Positions 12,575-24,752 are shown, counted from the first letter of the stretch. The stretch: 64,000 nucleotides of DNA from Nemertoderma westbladi (GCA_032718475.1 JAUCBJ010001712.1:1-64000), one strand, 5' to 3'. A program made the numbers and translations. The notes: generated from the sequence alone by a model not told the origin.

Positions 12575-15500
12575 CTACGCCCGCACCTCCAGACCTTCGG
12601 CTACCGCGCAGAGGATACCGGTTTCCCTCAGCGATTGTGTGGACCGCCGGGTCTTTGGTGTGCGGGCGCCCCTCAGACACATTAGAGCGGACCGCAGCAG
12701 GGCAAAGTTTAACTTCGTCCGCACGAGAGACACGGTCTGCGAATAGGGAGAATCCCGCTTGACTGAGAGGAGGAGCGATATTCGATTTATGAGCGCATGC
12801 GCGCTTCTGCTAGCGCCCCCTGTGGTAGCCATGATGAACGGGCAGAAACCTCCATGCTCGATCTCATTTATCCTCTCCTCGTATTTTCGTCGTTTCTCCC
12901 TCTCGTGCTTCTGATACGCGGACGAAATGGAACGGGGGTTAGAGGAGCACAGCGGGTTGAATATCTTTACGTCCACGTATACTTTCTCGAACCTCCCGCC
13001 CCAGACCCCGCACGCCGCTACATCCAGCCGCGCATCCGGGTCCCTTGAGGTGCTCGCCAGCCGAAATTCCTCGCTCTCTACTTGTTGTAGACCGGGTTCA
13101 CTCTCAACGTCATGGGCCACCTCGTTGAGCAACTCAGCTAAATAGTCCCGTACCTCGTTATGGCGAATACTGGGGTATCCCCCTGTCGGACAGTGCAGCG
13201 AATGCGAGATGGAGAATGCAACTCCACATACACAGTGGGAGGGGAGCTTTGGTGGCAGCCAACCATACCTCAAGCACAGGGCATCCCGAAATGCTGTTTT
13301 GTGTAGGGCGAACCCGTACTTGAGGATTGGTAAGGCTGTCAGCCACGATGAAGCACCTTTCTCCTGTGTTAGTGCCCGGAGGTACTTGGAGTCGTCTGAC
13401 AACTGTCTGTTTACATCCGCCGCCTTCGCTTTCACGTACTCCTCCCTTTCCCCCACCACTTCACGTACAATAAGCCTCTGTGCCTCGCGTGGTCGGGCCG
13501 TTCCGACCCCGATGGAATCGAGAGGTTCACAGATCCTCCTCGATGAATGGTAACTCTCCCGCAGGTCCTGTGGTTGGTATATTGCAAGGCCGCCCTCCCT
13601 TACAGGAAGAGCGAGCAACTTCCTCTCGATTTCGCCTGGAGGGGCCCGTCCGGTCAGTGTAGGTATGAGGTGGTCCACTATGTATTTCTCCACGTTGTCC
13701 AAGTTATCTACGAAATGTGGGGTGGTTCGGGAGAGGTAAGTAGACTTTGACTGTAGACCATTTATGAGGCAACTATATGCTGGATGGGGAGCAGTAACTG
13801 CGAACTCGTTTAATCGCGCCAATTGCTCACACAGTTTGTCAACACGCTCCAATATGAATTTATTGCATGCGTTCTCTGAACCAATAACTGATCCTAGTAC
13901 CCTGTGACCATCAGTCAATTTTATGCCGGTTCCTGCAAATATCTTCTCAGCCTGCTTTCTGTGCTCGTCCTTTACAATCAGATAGGATTTTACCGGGTTG
14001 GGGAAGTAGCCATACCCTGGACCGATTTCATTGACCTTCTCCCAGTACTCTCTTAGCCTTATGAGTCCGCCGGCGACATTCCCATCGTCTGCGAACCATT
14101 TTTGGATGAGAGAACCACCCCTTCGATTGGCATTTTGTTGGTCTCCACCGCATGGGTAGTCATGGTCCGCCTGTCTGCCCCCTGGGTCTCCAACCGCACC
14201 CATTGTTTCCATGGACTGCTTGCCCTCGTTCTCCACTGATACGGTCTGTGCGCCTATCATTACGAGTTTCTTTACCATTGGCAGTGTACCAGAGCCATAC
14301 ATTGCCATGGCGAGCGGATCTCCCTGGGTGGTACCCTCCTCAGACCACATGATCTCTTTGTCCACGAACAGTGGGGTTGGTTCTCGATAGGTGTTCACCA
14401 GGACTGTTGACAATGCAGGACATACATGTTTAATGTTTAACAGCGCGAGTTGTCTGTTCAATGCATTGAATGCGTTTGTTGCATCTATCAATAGGATTCC
14501 TTCGCACTCGGTGGTGTTGTATTGGTCACGCAAAGCATGAATGGCATGCTCGATTCCTCCAAGCTGCCCCACGCACAACTGGGTATTACCGGCCACTGCT
14601 TCCAGGTCTACCCTGGTACATGTCATTATCGACTTCCCTATTATCCTTCTCAGTACTTCTCCTACACCAATCGGTCGGACGCCGGGTGTTTTATCCAGGG
14701 GCACCAGTCGACGTGCATTGAGTGGGGAAATACTCTTGGGGTCAACGTATTCGGTACAAAGGCGTCTCGTAACCGCGGCCACCGCGTTTCGGGTCGTTTG
14801 ATGTGGATCCAAATGCCGTAAGCATGCGTCTCCATCCATCGGCGTCGATGCCAGATGGACCAGGTGTTCCCCGAGTGTGGAGGGATGCGGACAGAATTGC
14901 CTCACCCCTAATCGCGTCGAAAATTGCCGGGTGAAAACTGACAGTGTCCCCCCATGCTGATTCGATTAGTGACGGATCGACACTTCCAGGCGCTGGATGT
15001 TTCTCCCTTAGGATCTCCTTAACGGTTTTATTCCCAACCAATTCCGTTAATCCCATAACCGAACCGCCCTTACCATCCGTTAGTATATCCATTGCAGCGG
15101 AAATCCGTCCCGTGTTCATCCGAGACACGAAGTCCCTCCTGGGTTTATCAGAGTCCACCCTAACAGCACCATTTCCTACACTCCGGGCCTGGAGTGCTCT
15201 CCCTTCGTCTAAGAGAGCGCCAATGTCGCCCTCGTTCCAAAGTTCGAGTCGTCTCCGAAGGGTTTGGCTGATACTACCTGAGGCACCATATCCATCTGGT
15301 TCCTTGACTGCGGCATGTAATAGTAGTTTGGGTGCTGTCATAACTGCTAGCAGAGCAACCCCTTCTAGATTGGATTTCTCGCTGAAGGCCTTTAAAAGTT
15401 TGGTAATCGAGCAAATAAATTGCCGACCGACCTGTGTACGAGGAATACTGAAGAGATGAGGCTTCCAGTGGACAACCTCATCATACGCATCCTTTAATTG

Positions 15501-16361
15501 ACTTTCAAATAACTCGCCGGGTATTCCGTTCCAACTAAACGCCAGGCCGCGGGGTTGATATCCTGGTAGGTCGGGGACGGCGCGAGACGGGGGCGTCGTA
15601 GGCATGATGGTGATGGCGCCTGACGGGGGCGTTGTAGACATGGCAGCACCTGACGGGGGCGTCGTAGACATGGCGGCGCTTGGCGGGGGCGTCGTAGACA
15701 TGGGGGCACCTGACGCGGGCGTCGTAGACATGGTGGCGCTTGACGGGGGCGTCGTAGACATGGGGGCACCTGACGCGGGCGTCGTAGACATGGCGGCGCT
15801 TGACGGGGGCGTCATAGACATGGCGGCACCTGACGCGGGCGCCGTAGACATGGCGGCGCTTGACGGGGGCGTCGTAGACATGGCGGCGTCTGACGGGGGC
15901 GTTGTAGACATGGCGGCGCCTGACGCGGGCGCCGTAAACATGGCAGCGCCTGACGCGGGCGTTGAAGGCGTGGCGGCGCCTGACGGGGGCGCAGTAGACG
16001 GTGCGGCGCCATTCAACTCCGCTATGAATCCCACGACCTCGCTCACCACAACGTCAGACGCTGTGATGTCTGTTTGATCAGCCCCATTGGGAACAAGGGT
16101 CGAGTCTAGATCAATTAGAGTTTCATCTGGAGACCTAACATCAAGTTCCAATGGTTGCGATGAAGATATGCGCGCCGGCGCCACCTGGTTGTCAGCAGTT
16201 GACGACTATGTCGGCTGCGAACAGGAATGACCATTCCCGAATAGATTTTCGCACCGCCCTGCTGTACCAGGACCGCAGTTTTCGCAGGCCCGTTTTGCGC
16301 GAACGCAAACGCATGTCTTGCATTTGCCCGACGTAAAATTGCAGCCACAACACCTTCCCAT
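12575..16361 (-). pseudogene. CRE ORF: N-terminal CXC-like Cys cluster, RT, CCHC finger, RLE endonuclease; one stop and one frameshift
   Basis: ATG at 16361 gives MGRCCGCNFTSGKCKTCVCVRAKRACENC. In-frame TAG at 16206-16208; frameshift near 14790. RT motifs GVRPIGVGE, IDATNAFN, QGDPL, FADD; then CVC..HSLHC, RHNEVRD, RLDV..VDVKI, KRRKYE, PFIMATTGG. Confidence 0.88.
15585..16012 (-). repeat. 30-bp coding minisatellite (MSTTPPSGAA)n inside the CRE ORF
   Basis: About 14 tandem units of gacatggcggcgc(c/t)tgacg(c/g)gggcgtcgta. Confidence 0.92.
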
Positions 16362-16484
16362 ATGCAAAATCAAAGTAGCCTGTGGTCAGTAGCAGTAACA
16401 GCGGTAGGCAAGCAGTCACTTACACTACCGTACAGGAGCCGTACTCGGTATATAATACATTGACTTATAATATATGCCACGTGA

Positions 16485-16650
16485 GCACGTGAGCAACTAA
16501 ACTGGCTGGTTTCCTAGTCTGAGACTTCGAGCAGTACGTGAACAACTAAGCTGACTAGTTAACTAGTCTGGGACTTCGAGCATCACGTGAAAACTAAGCT
16601 GACTGGTTCACTAGTCTGGGACTTCGAGCAGCACGTGAACAACTAAACTG
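16485..16650 (+). repeat. 49-bp minisatellite, about 3.5 units
   Basis: Unit gcacgtgaacaactaagctgactggttaactagtctgggacttcgagca; inverted arrays lie at 18708-19022 and 51093-51256. Confidence 0.92.
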
Positions 16651-16887
16651 AACTGTTATTACAGTAGAAGTACTGTAAGTACTACTACAGTAAGAAGTTT
16701 ACAGTATGAAGTCTACTGCTCTAGCTCCTTGACCTTTTAGTACGTACCCACGTACATTATGCAGCACACTGTGTACAGTTTGTGATGGAAATATTATAAT
16801 TCTGTAATTTGAATCAACCGCCAAAAATATATCAATTCACTGCGCCTTTCTATCATCTATCCACTTGAAATCTACTATTAACATAAT

Positions 16888-18612
16888 TCAGTACAGGTAC
16901 AGTTCAGTTTTCAGTACAGTTTTCAGGTATTAAACGACTCCCAGGCTGCTTTTCGTGCAGGCTACAGAACAACAGACCATTTGTTTGTGTTAAGTGGGTT
17001 GATAAATTATCTCACGTCTCATGGTAATAAACTGTATTGCGGATTTATAGATTTTCAAAAGGCATTTGACCGTGTGGAACGCGATGCTCTCTCTATGGGT
17101 GAAACTCAATTGCCTTGGATTTTCAGGAAAGATATTTCAGGTTATTAAGAGTCTCTATGAAAGTGTGAAGTCGCGAGTGAAATGGAATGGAGGCATATCT
17201 GAGGCGTATGACTGCTTTTTGGGCGTATTGCAAGGGGAATGTTTGTCCCCGGTACTTTTTATTCTTTTTCTCAATGACCTGGAGGCTGAGCTGAGACTTG
17301 GCGGTGTAAATGGTATCACCCTATCCCACTTGCAGCTATTTCTATTACTTTACGCGGACGATCTGGTACTAATAGCCACCACAGGATCGGACTTACAGAG
17401 ATCTTTTGATATCTTAGGGGCTTATTCAGAGTATTGGGGCCTACGGGTTAATCTGGACAAAACAAATGTCGTAGTTTTTCGGAGAGGGGGTTCATTGGCG
17501 AGAGGAGACAAATGGTTTTATAAAGGGGAGAGTGTTGGTGTTGTCTCACAATACAATTATCTGGGAATCACCTTGTCATTTACAGGTAAATTTGCATGCG
17601 CCCAAAGAATACTGGCGCAAAAGGCTGAAAAGGGTTCATTCTCGCTCTTTAGGTATTTTATTAAATTCCCAAATTTGTCATTTGCATTGAAGTACAAGCT
17701 ATTCTCGATATTGATTGCGCCAATTTTAAGTTACGGTGCCGATGTTTGGGGATTTCATTCTGCTCCGGCAATTGAGCGTGTTCATTTAGCTTTTTTGAAA
17801 CGCCTACTTGGAGTAAAACGGAGCACTCCTGATTTTGCCGTCTACGGGGAAACTGGGGCTGTGCCGCTTTCAGTTTCACGAAAGCTGACAATTGTAAAAT
17901 TTTGGGTAAGAACTTTGACTCTCCCGGAGACGAGACTGACTAAACGTATGTATCAGGTACTTTACGAGGATGCACTGCAGGGGTCAGCGACAAACTGGGT
18001 TTCAATGGTAAGCGATGTATTAAATGGCCTGGGCCAAAGTTGGGAGTCTCAAAATGTTGGGGATGCCAAATTATTCTTAAATAACGTAAGGGTAGTTTTA
18101 ATGGATCAATTCATACAAGGGTGGTGGGCTGATATATCAAACTCTTCCAAAGGACAATATTACGTTAAAGATAAATTCGGAACAGAAGAATATCTACATT
18201 TATTAAAGGACAATAATGGCTTACGTCAAACCCTCGCAAGGTTTCGGTGCTCGTCCCACAACTTAGAGATTGATGTTGGTCGTTGGGATCACAGAGATGT
18301 ACAGGATCGGGTGTGTAAAATTTGTAACTTAGGGGAAGTAGAACATGAGTACCACTTTCTGCTTGTGTGTCCTGCTTACTCAAATATAAGGCAAACTTAT
18401 TTACGGCAATATTACACTATAAACCCATCGGTATATAAGTTTAAGGCATTACTACGGCGCAAACCAGATTTAAAAAACTTAGCTTTGTATCTGAGTAAAG
18501 CATTTGCCGTAAGGGAGCGATTGCTAGCAAGATTATAGTTAATGTGCAATTCAACAATAACACATACGTATGCTTGTTGTCGATTAATAATAATATTAAT
18601 AATAAAAAAAAA
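16888..18612 (+). mobile_element. 5'-truncated RTE-X-like LINE
   Basis: RT remnant plus A-rich tail at ~18590-18612. The flanks rejoin to match the uninterrupted inverted copy at ~50845-50860. Confidence 0.85.
16928..18538 (+). pseudogene. Reverse transcriptase with C-terminal CCHC finger (RTE-X-like), frameshift near 17090
   Basis: FIDFQKAFD in the upstream frame; GVLQGECLSP, YADD, VFRRGG, FRCSSHNLEIDVGR..CKIC..EHEYHFLLVC. Confidence 0.85.
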
Positions 18613-18707
18613 TATAAGTGTATAATTGTTATGATTATACTGTTCTATAATTTACTGGGATAGAAGTTAATTCAAATCACCCCCCCCCCCCTCCCCCGCC
18701 TCAATTT

Positions 18708-19022
18708 TGCTCGAAGTCCCAGACTATTTAACCAGTTAGCTTAGTTGTTAACGTGCTGCTCGAAGTCCCAGACTAGTTAACCAGTCAGCTTAGTTGTTCA
18801 CGTGCTGCTCGAAGTCCCAGACTAGTTAACCAGTCAGCTTAGTTGTTCACGTGCTGCTCGAAATCCCAGACTAGTTAACCAAGAAGCTTAGTTGTTCACG
18901 AGCTGCTCTAAGTCCTAGACTAGTTAACCAGCAGTCAGCTTAGTTGTTCACGTACTGCTCGAAGTCCCAGACTAGTTAACCAGTCAGCTTAGTTGTTCAC
19001 GTGCTGCTCGAAGCCCCAGAAT
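18708..19022 (-). repeat. 49-bp minisatellite, inverted orientation, about 6 units
   Basis: Tandem tgctcgaagtcccagactagttaaccagtcagcttagttgttcacg. The arm continues at 25118-25178 (reverse complement of ~12324-12386) after the LINE. Confidence 0.92.
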
Positions 19023-19167
19023 AGATAAAAACAACAACCACAACAATAACGGATGAGTGAATTAAACCGATAAGAAATAATTTATTCTGATTCAATGAAT
19101 TACATTAGTCTTACTCTATTCATGTATTCAATGTTAAAACAGATTTGAATTTACCGCCAAAATATAG

Positions 19168-20798
19168 GTGGCAGATCTGATCTGCCACCCTTTCTGCCTT
19201 TGGCCTTTGCAGTATAACCTTCGCCTTTGCGGGGTAACCTTGCAACCCCACCCAATACCCGTATTGGACTGGTTTGCCGAACACCCTGTTGCTACCGTTT
19301 CGAACTGCCGCGCCGAATCGACGGAGATGTGGTCGACGAGTGGATTTAGCCTCTACTGCTCTCGTCGGGGAAGAAGATCTTGGGTCTCCTCTCCTCGAAC
19401 TAGAGGCCTAATCGCCAAACTCTGTCTTCTGTCTCTGGCTGGGGATATTGAGACCAACCCAGGACCCAGCAGGATGCGGGCCCCGAAGATCAACTGTCCC
19501 GTCTGTCAACGAGGAACAAACTCTCGGAGTAAGATCGTCCAATGCGAGAGTTGTGACACATTTGTACATTTAAAATGTTACCGCAGGAAAAGCAGTAATT
19601 TATTCTCCACCAGAAACTATCTTGAGCCAAGTTTTCTCTGCAATAGCTGTATTTTTACCGAACTTCCCTTTCATGATACTATTTTAGAATCAGAAACCGA
19701 CGATTCATTCCTCACATCGCCTCTGCAAACTCCAAGTGATGCTGAGAGTGAAACTTTTAAATTTTTTAAGAAAAAAGGTCTGCATTTTTTGCATTTAAAA
19801 GCACGATCTCTGCTTCCCAAACTTTCCGAAATTCGTATTTTAATAAATAAATCCAACCCAGCAGTTTTAACAATCTCTGAAACTTGGCTCGATGATAGCG
19901 TTTCTGATGGAGAAATTTATATTGATAATTACGTAGTTTTACGTAAGGATAGGGACAGACACGGTGGTGGTGTCTGTACTTACATTCGATGTGATTTAGC
20001 TTTTAATCGTAGGGAAGATTTAGAGACTTGTGACGAAGTTTTACTGGTGGAACTTTTACTTCCTAAAACTAAACCTATTTTAATCGGTACTTTATATCGG
20101 CCCCCTAAACAATCAGTTTTTTTGCAAAATTTTGAAAATACAATTTTATGTAATCTTAGGTCAGACTGTGAAATATATTTCTTAGGTGATTTTAATATCT
20201 GTTACCATCACAAAGCATCCCCCATCTGTAAACAGTACCAAAGTATTTTAAATTTGTTTGGTTTAAAACAAATTATTCGAGATTCTACCAGAATTACCAG
20301 TAAAACTTCTACTTTACTAGATCACATCCTTTGTACAGTAATAATACCGATATTATTTCTCAATCTGGGGTTTTACCTATAGGTCTAAGCGATCATTTTA
20401 TAGTTTTTTGCACAAGAAAGACACAAAAATCTTTTTTCGGGGATCATAAAACAGTAACTGTTATGTCTATGAAAAATTACAGCAAGGAACGCTTTTTAAG
20501 TTTGTTAGTTAATTCTGACTGGGAACCATGTTTTAAGGCCGCTGACATTAACCTTGCGTACACTGTTTTTAATGATATATTTCTAAAGGCACTTAATACT
20601 GTAGCACCAATTAAATAAATTAGTCTTAAACAACGCACTGAGCCCTGGATGACCTCGGGTATTCTTAGTAATATCAGAGAAAGAGATAACTAACTATTTG
20701 TATAAATTTAGGAAATACCGTGTTTTAACTGATTATAATAATTACTGCAAATATAGAAACCTTGTCCAACGGGAAATAAAAAAAGCGAAATCTGAATA
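19168..20798 (+). pseudogene. LINE ORF2 5' part: 2A-like peptide, PHD finger, apurinic-like endonuclease
   Basis: LLSLAGDIETNPGP; CPVC..CESC..H..C..CNSC; HL(K)ARSL, ISETWL, GGGV, GDFN, LLDHI, SDHF; frameshifts and stops after 20330. Confidence 0.88.
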
Positions 20799-22845
20799 TT
20801 TTTTTTTTTTTTTTTTTTTTTGAATCAACACCCCCAACCGGGGTAAAAGGAAAGTATATTAATAATAATACATTAACATTAAAATCTAGCATAGTAAAAG
20901 TGTATTTTGTAATTAACTAAATATTAATATTATAATACATTACTTAAAAAGAAGAAAGACCGTTCATTTAGCCAGATGCTAGTTTGGCCGTAGTTGGGGA
21001 TGATTGACAGCTAAAAACATGTAATCGGTCGCTGCAGCACCCTCCGCAAAACCGACAGGTGCAGTCTGTTGTGAGCGTATGGAAGGGTGTTTTATTTTCA
21101 CACAATTTATTGTGAAATCCATGACAGGTAGCGCGGGTTATAACGTGACGGTATTTTTGGCCTGGCGCTCGCCAAGTAGTTGATGTAAACGCCAGGCCAT
21201 TGGCGTATCCCTGCGATTCAAAATGAGTATTTCTTTCGTTTCGAAAGGCCCGATACTGTTCTAGAACTTCTGGTTGTAAAATGGTTTGAGGGGAGCGTTC
21301 TAGAATGTCTTCAACCATCGTATTTCCGACAATTATGTGTAGTGCAAGCGTTGATGACGCATACTTGTGTAGCCCTAGAACACGTTTAACATATGTTGAT
21401 TTTATTTTATCAAGTTCTTTTAGGTGTTGAAGTTTGAGATATCTTGAATACGATGAGAATGCATAAAGAACCATAGGGGATATTTTTCCTTGGAAAATTG
21501 CCATTGCTGTGGATACTGAAAGTAATTGCAGATGTCGAAAAGAGCCGATAAGTTTGAATGCTTTTAGTTTTTTTGTTTGGATATGGTTAGTGAAGCATAG
21601 ACTAGATTGGATTGTTAACCCGAGGTATTCGTATTCATTGGAGAGCTTCACCGGTTTTCCATTGTATGTGAAGGTATCGTGTTTTGAGAGACGTCCACCT
21701 TTTCTAAATTTAACTATTTTGGTCTTGACGAGATTGAGTTGCATTCCGTTAGATAGGCACCATTGATGTATATTGTCTAAGCTGAGTTGTATAGTGTCCC
21801 TATTCCGTGAATATATTACCAGGTCGTCAGCGAAAAATATGAACTTTATTAAGTGACAGATGTTTCTTAGTGCGGTTGCAAGGTCAGAAATGAATAGAAT
21901 GAAAAGTAATGGAGACAGACAGTCACCCTGTAAAACGCCACGCAGTTGTCGTATTGGATCCGATAAACTTAACCCATCGAATATCCTTATGTAGTTGTGA
22001 AAAAGGTCCTTTATTAAGTCGAATGTTTTACCTTTTATCCCTAATATGTTTATTTTGTAGAGTAGTTTGGCACGGCTCACCATATCAAAGGCTTTTTTAA
22101 AGTCTATAAATAGGGCATAGACTACGCGATCGCTGCGATTACTTGATTGGAGCGCCTCGCTGATGTCGTTTAGAAACTTGTTCAAGGCCTGTAATGTAGA
22201 CTTTCCCGGTTGAAAGCCGTATTGTTCGGGTGGGATCACATATGAAAGAAATAATCGTATTCGTTTACTAAGGATGGCTGTGAGGATCTTTAACATTACA
22301 GGTATAAGTGCTATTCCTCGGTAGTTGTCTGGCTCCGTAATTAAACCTTTCCCTTTGTAAAGGACCTTTATTATACTCTCCCGCCAAATAGTCGGTATTT
22401 TACCGATATTAATGCAGAGGTTATATATTAGTGATAGATATACAAGTAATACTGGTAATCCCTTCTTTAAGTGCTCGTAGTAAATTCCATCGATGCCAGA
22501 TGCTTTCTTGGTTGAGGCTGCGTTAATTGAGTTAATTATTTCTTCGTTTTCTATGGGGTTATTGTACCACTGTTGAGAATTCCTTTCACTTTCGTTGGTT
22601 TCTGGTATTTCAGGGCAGTTTGGTGGTTTGTTGTCAGTCCCAAGTAAGGATTTGAAGTGGGATTGAAGTACATCGGCTGAAATTGGGGCAATATCTCTGC
22701 TTTTCCTTTCATTAAATATACACCATGGATTAACTTCAGAGTCATTAATTCGTTTTAATAATTTAGCTTCTTCATAGTCCCGTTTTTTACCCTTAACCAA
22801 GAGTTTATATTGGCGGCGGATGTCCCAAAACAATCTCGGGTTTGC
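20799..22845 (-). mobile_element. 5'-truncated RTE-X-like LINE inserted in the Crack/L2-like LINE
   Basis: T23 tract at 20799-20821; 86-bp target duplication at 20713-20798 and 22877-22962. Confidence 0.9.
20968..22833 (-). CDS. Reverse transcriptase (5'-truncated ORF2, open for 621 aa)
   Basis: NYRGIAL, QYGFQPGKST, FIDFKKAFD, GVLQGDCLSP, FADD, KFRKGG, YEYLG; C-terminal CRFC..H..C. Confidence 0.85.
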   Translation of the reverse strand: MFWDIRRQYKLLVKGKKRDYEEAKLLKRINDSEVNPWCIFNERKSRDIAPISADVLQSHFKSLLGTDNKPPNCPEIPETNESERNSQQWYNNPIENEEIINSINAASTKKASGIDGIYYEHLKKGLPVLLVYLSLIYNLCINIGKIPTIWRESIIKVLYKGKGLITEPDNYRGIALIPVMLKILTAILSKRIRLFLSYVIPPEQYGFQPGKSTLQALNKFLNDISEALQSSNRSDRVVYALFIDFKKAFDMVSRAKLLYKINILGIKGKTFDLIKDLFHNYIRIFDGLSLSDPIRQLRGVLQGDCLSPLLFILFISDLATALRNICHLIKFIFFADDLVIYSRNRDTIQLSLDNIHQWCLSNGMQLNLVKTKIVKFRKGGRLSKHDTFTYNGKPVKLSNEYEYLGLTIQSSLCFTNHIQTKKLKAFKLIGSFRHLQLLSVSTAMAIFQGKISPMVLYAFSSYSRYLKLQHLKELDKIKSTYVKRVLGLHKYASSTLALHIIVGNTMVEDILERSPQTILQPEVLEQYRAFRNERNTHFESQGYANGLAFTSTTWRAPGQKYRHVITRATCHGFHNKLCENKTPFHTLTTDCTCRFCGGCCSDRLHVFSCQSSPTTAKLASG

Positions 22846-22848
22846 CTC

Positions 22849-23318
22849 AGTATCACCAGTAAATACCAGCCTCAGTAAATACCGTGTTTTAACTGATTAT
22901 AATAATTACTGCAAATATAGAAACCTTGTCCAACGGGAAATAAAAAAAGCGAAATCTGAATATTTGTACAACAAAATAAGTGAGAATAAAGATAATCCTA
23001 AAAGTCTATGGTCTACCCTAAAATCTTTAGGTTATAAAAACCTTAAATCTAAATCTTTCTGAGGATTTCGTTTTTCAAAATCTAGTATCACCAGTAAATA
23101 CCAGCCTCAGTAAATACCGTGTTTTAACTGATTATAATAATTACTGCAAATATAGAAACCTTGTCCAACGGGAAATAAAAAAAGCGAAATCTGAATATTT
23201 GTACAACAAAATAAGTGAGAATAAAGATAATCCTAAAAGTCTATGGTCTACCCTAAAATCTTTAGGTTATAAAAACCTTAAATCTAAATCTTTCTGAGGA
23301 TTTCGTTTTTCAAAATCT
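22849..23318. repeat. Perfect 235-bp tandem duplication spanning the LINE 5' junction
   Basis: 22849-23083 is identical to 23084-23318 as read. Confidence 0.93.
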
Positions 23319-23319
23319 A

Positions 23320-24752
23320 CTTAGCCTATCAGCCTCAAAAAGTACCGGTCTAGACCTAATACCTGCCCGTTTTCTTAAGGATGGTGCTGAAGTACTTAAA
23401 GTGCCTATTACTTTTATTATTAATTACTCTATCGTAGATAATGTAGTACCAGACGAACTGAAATTAGCTAAGGTTGTTCCTCTGTATAAAAAGAATAGTA
23501 AAGTAGAAACCTGTAATTACAGACCTGTTAGTATCTTAAGTATTGTATCTAAAATTCTAGAACGTTCTGTTTTTCTACAGCTGGAGGCACATCTTAGTAG
23601 GCTAAATCTGATCTATGAACTTCAGTCCGGTTTTCGTAAATCATATTCTACAGACACCTGCCTTATTAACTTAACTGATACAATTAGATGTAATAACGCA
23701 AAGGGTTTATATACTGGTATGGTAATGTTGGACCTACAAAAGGCTTTCGATACTGTAGATCACGAAATTCTGCTTGGTAAGTTAGGCCTGATGGGTGTAG
23801 GTTCTATAGACTGGTTCAAGTACAACCTGTCAGACAGAGGTCAAACTGTAGTCATTAGCAAATCGCAGTCTACTGTACAAGAGATTACCTGTGGTGTACC
23901 GCAAGGTAGTATATTAGGTCATCTGCTTTTTGTATGCAATGTAAATGATATGATAAGTAGTATAGATCCCGATTTTAAACTCATTTTATATGCCGACGAC
24001 AGTGCTCTTATTTTCTCTCATAAAGATCCTATCCATATTTCCCAAAAGTTAAGTGCAGTTCTAGAATCCTGTAATGAGTGGTTGGTTGATAATAAGCTAT
24101 CCATTCACTACGGTAAGACTGAAAGTATTTTGTTTGGTTCCAAAAGAAAGTTAAAGAAGGTAACTAAGTTTGAAGTCACTAGTAATGGACATAAGATTGA
24201 AAATAAAAAGGAAGTTAAATATTTAGGCGCCACATTGGATAACTGCTTATCAGGAGAAAGTACAGTGAAAAATATTTTCTCGAAAGTTAACAGTATACAG
24301 ATTACAGGTACAGATTACAGTACAGGTTTCTATACAGAAATAGAAATAGTTTGAACACCGACTCCCGCAAGTTACTTTGCTCTTCTTTAATACAGTGTCA
24401 CATGGAATGGACTATGCATGCTCTTCTTGGTATGAAGGCTTAACCAAACAGCTTAAATGTAAATTACAAGTAGCTCAGAATAAAGTAGTACGATTTATTA
24501 AAGACTACATACCTAGGCACCACCTAACTCCAGATGACTTTCATCAGAGATTCAACAGAGTGCGCGATACACACTCTTACAGTACCAGAGCTAGTACTTC
24601 AAACTTCTACCTCCCGAATTGTAAATCCTTTGAATCTGATACTTTCCTTTTAACGGCATTAAAAATTGGAACGCTCTGCCTAATGAAATTAAAAACCTAG
24701 ATAATCAACATTCTTTTAAATCTGCAGTTAAATCTCACCTCCGTGTGCAATG
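23320..24752 (+). pseudogene. LINE ORF2 3' part: reverse transcriptase, decayed
   Basis: NYRPVSIL, QSGFRK, LDLQKAFD, GVPQGSILG, YADD, YLG; frameshifts after 24290. Confidence 0.88.

Larger units (their letters stand above)
12419..16484 (-). mobile_element. CRE-clade non-LTR retrotransposon (RT + restriction-like endonuclease), apparently full length
   Basis: T9 tract (minus-strand polyA) at 12419-12427; TSD gcacgtgagcaac(t) at 12406-12419 and 16485-16498; empty site present at 51241-51260. Confidence 0.9.
10886..18671 (+). repeat. Left arm of a ~1.9-kb long inverted repeat, interrupted by CRE and RTE-X insertions
   Basis: 10886-12418 + 16485-16887 + 18613-18671 is the reverse complement of 50790-52654. 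Confidence 0.92.

Noticed and set aside
12797-16077. Plus-strand ORFs antisense to the CRE ORF (likewise those antisense to BEL pol at 61961-63761)
   Set aside because: They are shadow ORFs of GC-rich or repetitive coding sequence on the opposite strand.
18708-19022. 49-bp repeat array as CRISPR or spliced-leader RNA genes
   Set aside because: No spacers, and no recognisable SL exon, donor or Sm-binding site.
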